A DNA stretch of 64,000 bases from Octopus sinensis (Eukaryota): assembly GCF_006345805.1 (NCBI RefSeq), contig NC_043001.1, positions 67,952,001 to 68,016,000 of the forward strand. Reading direction: 5' to 3'. Within the stretch, counting starts at the first letter, position 1, and each line of letters starts with the position of its first letter. The translations under genes were made by a program, and so were the position numbers. Of the stretch, positions 52,885 through 64,000 are shown one piece after another. The notes under the pieces are model-generated. The model worked only from the letters and a program-made list of their open reading frames with translations, had not been told where the DNA came from and did not search any database.

Positions 52885-55800
52885 CGACTCGTATCAGTTT
52901 ACGCACCGCCCTTAACAGGTCGGGCGGATTTCTTTCAACGTCTAGAAATTTTCTTGGGAACGTCTCGTCCTTTACTCTTAGTGGGGGATTGGAAAGCTAC
53001 CTTGGACACGCATGTAGACTACGTGGGTAGAGATAGGAATAGACGGGGATGCAAATGCCTCAGAGACCTGCTCAGACGCTTTCAACTGTCTGACAGGTTC
53101 CGACTAGACCACCCGAATGCGCCAACGTGGACATGGAGCAACCGCATCGGGTCGTCGAGATCGTATCTAGATAGGATACTGTGTAGGACAGTAGATAGAG
53201 ATAGCATAGGATGTCCACAATTCCACATAGTCAGCTACACGGATCACAAACTTGTGACATGTACGCTAGACTTAGGTAAGACACTTAGGCAGGGTCCCGA
53301 TACTGGAAACTAAACGCGTCTTTCCCATCGAGACAAGTTTTCAGAGACCGGATTAGCACACTAGTAAAGAGGGCTTTGACGGGAGCCATCATCAACAACA
53401 AATGGTGGTTTGCCCTCAAGAGAGCAGTAAAAGCAGAAGCGATTAGGTACAGCAAAGCACTAGCCATAGACAGAAATAAGTAGAGGGTGAGCTAGTTAAG
53501 AAGCTAGAAGAGGCAATTAGAAGCGGCATCGCATCCGACGTTTTGGCGGCGAGGTTGGCCCTCGACCAACACTTCAACGCCAAACACGAAGGATGTGCTG
53601 TCAGAGCTAGGATGCGTGCTCTAAGGAACGAAGGTGTTGGAGCCGCGAGAGAGGCCCGGTGGCAGAGGCGCAACAGGGCAACAAAGCCACCATTCGGTCA
53701 CTGGTAGATGAACAGGGCGCGAATTGCTCGAGCCAAGTAAAATGTGTGAGGCTTTCAGCAGCATTTTGCCCGACTGTTCGGAACGAGTGGAGGGCAAGAA
53801 CGTAGGGTGGACTTCAGTGCCTACCTACATAGCCTACCACACGACTCTCGACAAGAAAGGCAGGGTGCTGCGAAGGTGCCATCACGGCGGCGGAAGTGCG
53901 GGAAGCGATGGCAGAATGCTCGAGGGACAAATCACCGGGTTTGGATGGTCGACCCTACGAGCTTTACAATTGTATGCCAGACTTGTTGGAGATCTCTTGG
54001 CGGCGGTGTACTGCAACTGGCAGCAAAACGGAGCATTCCTGGTTTTGTGAGCCGAGGCCGTAACACTGCTGAAGAAAGATCTAAACAAGGGAAATGTAAT
54101 AGATAACTTTAGGCCCATCACACTCTGCTTAATGCAGACTTGAAAATTTTGGCCAAGGTGCTAGCCAAGAGGTTGGCGCTTGTCATCGAGAAACTGGTCG
54201 ACAAGGCGCAAACGTGCGCCGTGCCAGGCCGGACCATCCATGACAACCTCCATCTGATGCGCTACATCATAGACAGGGTAGTTAACGAACCTGGCATGGG
54301 TGGGCCCTGATCAACTTGGATCAATCGAAAGCCTTTGATAGGGTAGACCATCGATACTTGGAGGCAGTCCTGAGAGCGGCTGGTTTCGGTCCCGTCTTCC
54401 GCGGCTGGATAGCTGCCTTGTACAGAGGCATCCGTTCGGTAATTCGCGTAAATGGACATCTATCGAGACCTTTCGACATTGCACGTTCGGTCCGTCAGGG
54501 ATGCCCCCTCTCGGCGCTTCTATACGTATTGACTCTTGAGCCACTACTGCGGAAGCTGGCGACTCTAAGGGGCATCCCGCGAGAATTGGGATGCGGGACG
54601 AGCGTGTCTGCATACGCGGACGACGTCACCGTCATAGTGTCTAGCCACGAGCACATCGAGCTGGTCGGCGAGACACTGAAAAACTACGAAGCGGTGACAG
54701 GAGCGAAAATCAACCGGGAAAAGTCAGTGGGCTTGCGACTAGGCACCTGGAGAAGCAAGCCCATGCCGTCCACCAGCGCCTCCGTCGTGGGACGCTGGAC
54801 CGACGGCCCGGTTGATTTGCTCGGGGTCTGGTTTGGTCCGGACCTCCAAGTGGAGAAGAACTGGAACGAGATAACGAGTAGGGTGGTCACTCTCGCCCGC
54901 AATGGGCCGAGAGGAAACTGTCCCTAAAAGGTCGAGCGGAGGTGGCGAACACGTACATCGCGTCCGTCATCTACTACCGCCTGACCGTCGTACCTTGTCC
55001 CGACCCTACCATCACCAAACTACAACGCATCCTCTTTCGCTTCTTGTGGAAAGGATGCGTCCCGATGGTCAGGCGATCCATTTGCTGTCAACACCCGTTA
55101 AAAGGAGGGCTGGGCATGCCGTGGTTGATGATGCGACACACGCGCTGAGACTGCGACATCTCTGGCTCTATGTAGACGACGGTGAACAGGTGTGGTCGCC
55201 GTTTGTGAGGCACGCTTTCCCGCAGCTCGTCTCCATGACCGAACTGCAGTCGTGGATCAAAAAGAGGCCGAGGAAGGGCGAATGGCACCGCGAGTGTCGC
55301 GTTGCTCTCAAGCAACTCTGCCGTCCTGGGTCGACCTTAAGTGACTTCAACACAACAAAGCATTCTATCTATAGGGTTTAGTGGAGGGGAGTACGACGAC
55401 GAGCTCGGGGCGAACCTGGACGTCGACGAGGAGTACCTGACCCGCCTGTTCGGGACGACTTTCGGGCCAGGGCCCATGGACAACTTCCAGAGATCCCTGG
55501 CCTGGCAGTGCTACCGAGAAGCGCTACCCGTTCGGGATAAGCTCTACAGACACGGCTCGAGAAACACGGGGCCGACCTGCCCGAGATGCGTCAGAGCGAC
55601 GAAACCGTTCTGCACGCACTCGTTCATTGTCCAACAATTTCCGACCTGTGGGCTTATGTCGAACAACTGCTGTCACGTGTGGGACGAGTCGGTTTATCAG
55701 CTGAGTCTATCGTCAATATTGTCACGCCTCCTTCCTTCAAACGGGAAGGAAGAGCTATTTTCATCATCATCCTTGTGGCTATGGCGAAAGAATGTATCTG

Positions 55801-56397
55801 GTGGACGCGTCTGAAAGGATTGGAGACAAACACTTTCCTCTCTGGTCAATCTCTCATCAACTTCTTCAAGTACCACTTGAAAAGGAAGTGAGAGTAGAGA
55901 GGCAAGTTTTTGTCTAGCGAATGTTTTTAAAAAAGATGGGTGAATGTAGCAAGAATGGCACGTATGAATGACGAAGCCACCTTGAGCATAGTCCTATGAA
56001 CCCAGAAATCGAAAACAGAGAGTTGCTTATTTGCAAAAAAAAAAAAAAAAAAAAAGAAATATAAAATGTGACTTCATTGACCGAGGTTACCGTGGTCTTT
56101 TCCGTAGGCTTTTCTTTCCACGGGTAAACCTCACCTGCCCTCCCCTTTACACTTCATATTGACATTTCTGTGATAACGATCCCTATTGATCAATTTTTTT
56201 TTCCTCTCCCCCTTTTTGTTTTTTTTGTTTTTTTTTAACCCCCCCTTTTTTTGTCCTCTTTCTCTCCTTTTACGATCCCTTTTGATCGAAACTCCCCCTT
56301 CCTTTTTTTTTTTTTTTTTTTTTTAACCTTCAAAAGAAAAGCTCTACCTTGTAATTGTTCTATCTGTGTGCAGCCCTGTGTGGCTAATAAAGAAACA

Positions 56398-56398
<1 letters not shown>
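52885..56398 (+). mobile_element. Tx1-like LINE copy D, the longest; begins inside the AP endonuclease; frameshifted
   Basis: RLVSVYAP, GDWKATLD, SRSYLDRILC, YTDHKLV (APE); NFRPITLLN, DQSKAFDRVDH, VRQGCPLS, AYADD (RT); zinc knuckle; shared 3' end. Confidence 0.95.
54316..54927 (+). CDS. Core RT segment of Tx1-like ORF2 (fragment between frameshifts)
   Basis: DQSKAFDRVDH...SVRQGCPLSALLY...SAYADDVTV. Confidence 0.85.
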   Translation: MDQSKAFDRVDHRYLEAVLRAAGFGPVFRGWIAALYRGIRSVIRVNGHLSRPFDIARSVRQGCPLSALLYVLTLEPLLRKLATLRGIPRELGCGTSVSAYADDVTVIVSSHEHIELVGETLKNYEAVTGAKINREKSVGLRLGTWRSKPMPSTSASVVGRWTDGPVDLLGVWFGPDLQVEKNWNEITSRVVTLARNGPRGNCP

Positions 56399-56459
<61 letters not shown>

Positions 56460-56481
56460 ATCTATCTATCTATCTATCTAT

Positions 56482-59400
56482 AAGGGGATGCAAATGCCTC
56501 AAAGACCTGCTCATACGTTTCCAACTGTCTGACAGGTACCGACTGGACCCCCGAATGTGCCAATGTGGCATGGAGTAACCGCATCGGTCGTCCAGATCAT
56601 ACTTAGACAGAGTATTTTGTAGGACATAGACAAAAATAGTGTAGGTTGTCCACAATTTCATATAGTCAGTTACACAGATCACAATTTTGTGACTTGTACA
56701 CTTGACTTAGATAAGACACATAGGCAGGGTCCTGGTTACTGGAAACTGAACGCGTCTTTTTACAGCACGACAGGTTACAGGACCGGATCAGCACATTAGT
56801 TAAGAGAGCTTTGACGGTACCATCATCAACAACAGATGGTGGTATGCCCTAAAAAAAGCGATTAAGCAGAATCAGCGATACGTAGAGCCTTAGCATTAGA
56901 CCGAAATAGAATAGAGGGAGAATTAGTTAAGGTTTTAGAAGAGCACTTAGAACTGGCATCGCGTCCAACGTACTGGCGGCGAGATTGGCCCTCGACCAAC
57001 ACCTCAACGCCAAACACGAGGGATGCGTTGTCAGAGCTAGGATGCGTGCTCTGAGGAACGAAGGAGTTGGAGCCGCCCAAGAGGCCCGAGTGGTGGAGAC
57101 GCAACGAGGCAACAGAGCCACCATCAAGTCTCTTATAGATGAACAGGGGCGCGAATTGCTCGAGCCTAAAAGGATGTGTGGGGTTTTTCAACAACACTTC
57201 ACCCAACTGTTTGGGACAAGTGGTGAGTCAGAAAGCAGAGTGGACTTTAGTGCCTACCTGCTTGCCTTGCCACGACTCTCAGCAAGGGAGGTGGAGTCTT
57301 GTGAAAAGCCTATCACAGCTGCGGATGTACAGGATGCGATGGTAGGCTGCGCGAGAGACAAGTCACCAGGCTTGGATGGTCGCCCTACGAATTTTATTTT
57401 CAATATGCCAGACTTGTTTGGAGGCGTCTTGGCAGCTGTTCTACTGCAACTGGCAGCAGAACGGGAGTATTCCTGCTTTTGTAAAGCGAGAAGCAGTGGA
57501 CTGATCAAGAAAGACCCAACAAGGGGGACGTCATAGATAATTTCAGGCCCATCACTCTGCTCAACGCAGATTTGAAAATTTTGGCCAAGGTGTTAGCCGA
57601 GAGGTTGGCGCTTGTCATCAAGAAACTAATCGACAGGGCGCAAACATGCGCCGTCCGGGTAGAAGTATTCTGACAACCTCCATCTGATGCGCTACATCAT
57701 AGACAGGGTAGTTAAAATCGGCATGGGTGGGGCGCTGATCAATTGGATCAATCAAAAGCCTTCGTAGGGTAGACCATCACTACTTGGAGGCTGTCCTCAA
57801 AGCGGCTGGTTTCGGTCCAGTTCCTTTTCCGCGGTTGGATCGCTGCCTTATACAGCGGCATCCGCTCAGTAGTTCGCGTAAATGGTCATCTATCCAGACC
57901 TTTTAACATCATGCGTTCGGTTCGTCAGGGATGCCCCCTCTCAAATCGCTGCTGTATGTACTGACTCTTGAGCCACTACTGCGGAAACTGGCGACGCTGA
58001 GGGGCATCCCACGAGAGCTGGGATGCGGGAGGAGCGTGTCTGCATACGCGGATGACGTCACCGTCAAGTGTCGAGCTACGAGCACATCGAGCTGGTCGGC
58101 GAGACACTGAAAGAATACGAAGCGGTAACGGGAGCAAAATAACCGGAAAAAGTCATGGGCTTGCGGCTCTGGCACCTGGAGAAGCAAGCCTGCCGTCCAA
58201 CAGCGTCTCCATCGTGGGACGCTGGACGGACGGACCGGTTAAATTGCTCGGGTCTGGCGGTCGGTCCGGACCTCCAAATGGAGAAGAACTGGGGCGAGAT
58301 AACGACTAGGGTGGCTTCTCTCACCCAGAAATGGACTGAGAGAAAGCTATCCCTAAAAGGTCGGGCGGTGGCGAACGCGTACATCGCATCCGTCATCGAG
58401 TATCGTCTGACCGTCGTGCCTTGTCCCGACCCTACCATCACCAAACTGGAACGCATACTCTTCCGCTTCTTGTGGAAGGGAAACGTTCCGATGGTTAGGC
58501 GATCCATTTGCTGCTGCAACACCCGCTAAATGGAGGGCTGGGCATGCCGTGGTTGATGATTCGCAGCATGCGCTGAGACTGCGACATCTCCGGCGCTTCA
58601 TAGACAACGGTGAACAGGGGTGGTCGCCTTTTGTGCGGCGCGCTTTCCCGCAGCTCGTCTCCTTGGACGAACTACAGTCATGGATCAAGCAGAGACCGAG
58701 GCTAGGCGAATGGCACCGCGATTGTCGCGTTGCTCTCAAGCAACTCTGCCGTCCGGGATCGAACTTGTGCGACTCCATCACAACAAAGGCATTCTATAGA
58801 GGATTAGTGGAGGGGAGGTGCGACGACGAACTCGGGCACAGTCTGGGCGTCGACGAGGAACACCTGACCCGCCTGTTCAGGACAACTTTCGGGCCGGGAC
58901 CTATGAACAATCACCAAAGATCTCTGGCCTGGCAGTGCTATCGAGAAGCATTACCTGTTCGGGATAAGCTCTACAGACACGGTTCCAGACACACGGACCG
59001 ACTTGCCCGAGATGCGTCAGAGCGACGAAACCGTTCTGCACGCACTCGTGCAATGTCCAACCATTTCCGACCTGTGGGCTTATGCCGAACGGCTGCTGTC
59101 ACCGTGTGGGACGAATCCGCCTATCGGCCGAGTCTATCGTGAGATTTGCTCCGCCCCTTTCCCTCAACCGGGAAGGCAAGCAGTTTTTTCATCGTACTGG
59201 GCCATGGTGAAAGAATGTGTGTGGTGGACTCGAGCGAAAGGATTAGAGACAAACCTTACCTCTCTGGCCAATCGCTCATCAACTTTTTCAAGTACCACTT
59301 GAAAAGGAAGTGAGAATGGAGAGGGAAGTTTTGTCTCGCGAAAGATTCAAAAAAAGATGGGTGAATGTTGCAAAGATGGTGCGTGCTAGTAACGAAACCA

Positions 59401-59740
59401 TTTTGAGCATGATCCTGTAGATCGTAAAAAAAAAGAAAGAGAGCATTTTTGACCTCATGTGTTTATTTCTCCCTGACTGGGGTTCCCGTGGTCTTTTCTG
59501 TAGGCTTTTTCTTTTTGCTTTTCTCTTCCCACGGATGAACCCAATCTTTTATATCATGTTTACACCAAACCATTATTTCTGTGATACACGATTTTCCTTT
59601 TTTTCCTTTTTTTTCCTCCTCTCGATCCCTTTTGATCGCAATCTTATATTTTTTATTTTTTTTCCACCCTCGAAAAGAAAAGCTCTGCATTGTATTTGTC
59701 CCCTCTGTATTCAGCCCTGTGTGGCTAATAAAAGAAAGTT
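56482..59740 (+). mobile_element. Tx1-like LINE copy E, a divergent subfamily
   Basis: Colinear with copy D but with many synonymous and amino-acid differences and a different 3' UTR; still ends ...GTGGCTAATAAAAGAAAGTT|ATCT. Confidence 0.93.
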
Positions 59741-59771
59741 ATCTATCTATCTATCTATCTATCTACTATCT

Positions 59772-59850
<79 letters not shown>

Positions 59851-59968
59851 CTATTGATCATTTTTTTTCCCCTCTCCCCCCCTTTTTTTTTTTTTTTTTT
59901 TTTTTAACCCCCCTTATTTTGTCCTCTTTCTCTCCTTTTACGATCCCTTTTGATCGAACCTCCCCCTT

Positions 59969-60013
<45 letters not shown>

Positions 60014-60084
60014 CCTTCAAAAGAAAAGCTCTACCTTGTAATTTGTTCTATCTGTGTGCAGCCCTGTGTGGCTAATAGAAACAT
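59851..60084 (+). mobile_element. Tx1-like LINE copy F (distal 3' UTR only)
   Basis: Matches the last ~235 bp of copies D and G; (CTAT)n on both sides. Confidence 0.9.
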
Positions 60085-60097
60085 ATCTATCTATCTC

Positions 60098-60143
<46 letters not shown>

Positions 60144-60170
60144 ATCTTCTATCTATCTATCTATCTATCT

Positions 60171-61982
60171 CGTTCGGTCCGTCAGGGATGCCCCCTCTCG
60201 GCGCTTCTATACGTATTGACTCTTGAGCCACTACTGCGGAAGCTGGCGACTCTAAGGGGCATCCCGCGAGAATTGGGATGCGGGACGAGCGTGTCTGCAT
60301 ACGCGGACGACGTCACCGTCATAGTGTCTAGCCACGAGCACATCGAGCTGGTCGGCGAGACACTGAAAAACTACGAAGCGGTGACAGGAGCAAAAATCAA
60401 CCGGGAAAAGTCAGTGGGCTTGCGACTAGGCACCTGGAGAAGCAAGCCCATGCCGTCCACCAGCGCCTCCGTCGTGGGACGCTGGACCGACGGCCCGGTT
60501 GAGTTGATCGGGGTCTGGTTTGGTCCGGACCTCCATGGAGAAGAACTGGAACGAGATAACGAGTAGGGTGGTCACTCTCGCCCGGCAATGGGCCGAGAGG
60601 AAACTGTCCCTAAAAGGTCGAGCGGAGGTGGCGAACACGTACATCGCGTCCGTCATCTACTACCGCCTGACCGTCGTACCTTGTCCCGACCCTACCATCA
60701 CCAAACTACAACGCATCCTCTTTCGCTTCTTGTGGAAAGGATGCGTCCCGATGGTCAGGCGATCCATTTGCTGTCAACACCCGTTAAATGGAGGGCTGGG
60801 CATGCCGTGGTTGATGATGCGCAGACACGCGCTGAGACTGCGACATCTCTGGCTCTATGTAGACGACGGTGAACAGGTGTGGTCGCCGTTTGTGAGGCAC
60901 GCTTCCCGCAGCTCGTCTCCATGACCGAACTGCAGTCGTGGATCAAAAAGAGGCCGAGGAAGGGCGAATGGCACCGCGAGTGTCGCGTTGCTCTCAAGCA
61001 ACTCTGCCGTCCTGGGTCGACCTTAAGTGACTTCAACACAACCAAAGCATTCTATAGGGGTTTAGTGGAGGGGAGGTACGACGACGAGCTCGGGGCGAAC
61101 CTGGACGTCGACGAGGAGTACCTGACCCGCCTGTTCGGGACGACTTTCGGGCCAGGGCCCATGGACAACTTCCAGAGATCCCTGGCCTGGCAGTGCTACC
61201 GAGAAGCGCTACCCGTTCGGGATAAGCTCTACAGACCGGCTCGAGAAACACGGGGCCGACCTGCCCGAGATGCGGTCAGAGCGACGAAACCGTTCTGCAC
61301 GCACTCGTTCAGTGTCCAACAATTTCCGACCTGTGGGCTTATGTCGAACAACTGCTGTCACGTGTGGGACGAGTCGGTTTATCAGCTGAGTCTATCGTCA
61401 ATATTGTCACGCCTCCTTCCTTCAAACGGGAAGGAAGAGCTATTTTCATCATCCTTGTGGCTATGGCGAAAGAATGTATCTGGTGGACGCGTCTGAAAGG
61501 ATTGGAGACAAACACTTTCCTCTCTGGTCAATCTCTCATCAACTTCTTCAAGTACCACTTGAAAAGGAAAGTGAGAGTAGAGAGGCAAGTTTTGTCTAGC
61601 GAATGTTTTAAAAAAAGATGGGTGAATGTAGCAAGAATGGCACGTATGAAGAACGAAGCCACCTTGAGCATAGTCCTATGAACCCAGAAATCGAAAACAG
61701 AGAGTTGCTTATTTGCAAAAAAAAAAAAAAAAAAAAAAGAAATATAAAATGTGACTTCATTGACCGAGGTTACCGTGGTCTTTTCCGTAGGCTTTTCTTT
61801 CCACGGGTAAACCTCACCTGTCCTCCCCTTTACACTTCATATTGACATTTCTGCGATAACGATCCCTATTGATCAATTTTTTTTTCCTCTCCCCCCTTTT
61901 TTTTTTTTTTTTTTTTTTAACCCCCCCCTTTTTTTGTCCTCTTTCTCTCCTTTTACGATCCCTTTTGATCGAAACTCCCCCT

Positions 61983-62016
<34 letters not shown>

Positions 62017-62087
62017 CTTCAAAAGAAAAGCTCTACCTTGTAATTTGTTCTATCTGTGTGCAGCCCTGTGTGGCTAATAAAGAAACA

Positions 62088-62088
<1 letters not shown>
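60171..62088 (+). mobile_element. Tx1-like LINE copy G (from the RT QG motif to the 3' end)
   Basis: Starts RSVRQGCPLS; nearly identical to copy D; followed by (CTAT)n at 62089-62145. Confidence 0.95.
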
Positions 62089-62145
<57 letters not shown>

Positions 62146-62429
62146 ACAAGAGAAACTTAAACACAGACACGATCCAACTATCGGCCCATCAATCTATCTT
62201 ATTTCCTTTATTTTCTCTACCCCTCTCTCCCTTTCTATTGTCCCCACCCCTGTACTTCATATGTATGCTGCAACATAAAAATTTACACTTAAACCAGATA
62301 AATTTCGTTATTCCTTCATTTCTTATCTCTCCGTGCTTGTCACCTCATCTTACTCCTCCTTATTTTTGTTCACCACATGTAATTACAAACAACTAATATC
62401 CTCAATAGATACAATTCGCAACGCCACCC

Positions 62430-62655
62430 CTACCTACCTACCTACCTACCTACCTACCTACCTACCTACATACATACATACATACCTACCTACCTACCTA
62501 CATACATACATACCTACATACATACATACATACATACATACATACATGCATGCATACATACATACATACATACATGCATGCATACATACATACATACATA
62601 TAAATGTACATACATACATACATACATGCATGCCTGCATACATATATATATACAT
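62430..62655. repeat. (CCTA)n > (CATA)n compound microsatellite
   Basis: Direct inspection. Confidence 0.95.
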
Positions 62656-63444
62656 ACGGGGTGCTGGGATATGTAACGCACTGCCTATATACCAATCTTG
62701 AGTTCCCCCTATTGTTTTTGTGAGGGAGGTTGTATGTGTGGCACATCGATCAGTGTGTGTATTGCGCTGCCCCGTCCTTGGGTAGATTTGAACTTAGAAT
62801 TTTAAGTGTCGAAAGATATACCGAATACACTTTATCGACCGGACTATGCGATGACTCTAACAGCTCGTCGCCGCAAGTAGAGCTAAAATAATGTAATCTA
62901 TAGCACATGAGCAATATATCTATATCTACAGGTGTGTGTGTGTGTGTGTGGTGTGTGTGTGTGTGTGTTTGTTCGAGTGTTCATATTTGTTTTTGTATTT
63001 GATCACATATTTATAATGGTGAAGATGGGTCACCTAGATGAATGATTTGCAGACATTATGAAGAAATTTCCGTTGACGATAGTTGGATAATATTTCTGAC
63101 TTTCAGTTAAATGATATTGCTAGCTGCTACTTATTAAATGCATCCGAAATATATGTTTCTTCTTCAATAGTCGTCAACAAAAAGCAATTCTGTTTTACTT
63201 TGACTCTAGCAGTACATAAACTTAGCCCATTTTCTTTTAAGTCTATAAATATCCGCAAGTCTTTTTGTGTATGTCTAAGTCATGTGCCTGACTGGGTTAT
63301 CCCCCATAATGCACTCGAAGTATACCAACAAATACTATTCTAGCAACAGATCGGCACTGATCGAGTAAAGTGTGATCAATCATGCTTCACTTGTGGTCAT
63401 CTTACACATTTATTTCTAGCAAGTGGTAAAAAAGAAAAAAGATG

Positions 63445-63770
63445 CCCTTTGATATTGAATGACCATGGAATTGCAATTAGGAAGTTCCCCTCTGTGGCAC
63501 AAGTCCAGGCAAGGTTGTTTATGGAAGACCAGCAGTCGCCCATGCATACCAGCCTCCTCTCTCTACGTCACCGACGTTATCAAAAGGAAAGGCAAAGGCC
63601 AATACAGCTTGGCACCAACGACGTCGCAACTCATTTCTACAGGCGAGTGAACTGGAGCAACGTGAAATAACGTGTCATGCTGAAGAACACAACGCACAGC
63701 CCGGTCCGGGAATCGAACTCACTACCTCGTTAATGTGTCCGACGCTATAAGCACTGAACCATGCACCTAT
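63445..63770 (-). mobile_element. tRNA-derived SINE related to 24703-24952
   Basis: Minus: GCATGGTTCAGTG...GAGTTCGATTCCCGGACCGGGCTGTGCGTTGTGTTCTT...TTTCACGTTGCTCCAG. Confidence 0.7.
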
Positions 63771-64000
63771 ATCTATGTATAACTGCATTATGTAATATGT
63801 CACCGTCCTTTCAATGTGGTAGGTTATCATTTGAGGAAGATTTGACTGATATTTCTAACAGGGCGCAACTCTAACACATAAAATATAACTTTTCTTTCCA
63901 GCTTGCTTTTGTATAACTTAATGAAAGTAATGGCTGCGCAGTGAGGGAGAACCCGAAAGCGATTTATTTTAGGGGGGGAGTCAGAGTTTGTTTCTTACCG

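Noticed and set aside
50603-62088. Simple tandem segmental duplication of one LINE copy
   Set aside because: Each copy has a different 5' breakpoint, and B and E differ in UTR or coding sequence. Frameshifts inside D and G may still be assembly errors.
50515-62145. CRISPR-like or satellite interpretation of the repeat-spacer pattern
   Set aside because: Eukaryotic context; the 'spacers' are homologous LINE fragments of unequal length and the 'repeats' are a tetranucleotide microsatellite.
62146-62230. NYRPINL motif suggesting another LINE fragment after the array
   Set aside because: A single short motif with no further RT similarity.

Overview
AT-rich eukaryotic DNA saturated with microsatellites and transposons. 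The tRNA-derived SINEs and repeat landscape look like an octopus (cephalopod) genome; this is inferred from sequence style, not a database match. No host protein-coding gene can be supported, and most short ORFs in the track are translated microsatellites. The window is a set of retroelement fragments, each tied to a particular simple repeat. (1) Seven same-strand, differently 5'-truncated copies of a Tx1/L1-type LINE each sit between (CTAT)n tracts, and six are stacked head-to-tail at 50.6-62.1 kb. (2) R4/Dong-like RLE elements and a ~550-bp noncoding partner sit in (TAA)n at 16.8-21.8 kb. (3) Penelope-like elements lie beside (TA)n, with inverted 5' segments and several minimal hammerhead-ribozyme motifs, one with a compensatory G3-C8 core swap. 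Also present are RTE and CR1 LINE fragments, a fold-back mariner, MITEs, Helitron/Helentron-derived elements, and duplications around a 100-N gap, at least one of which is probably an assembly artefact.
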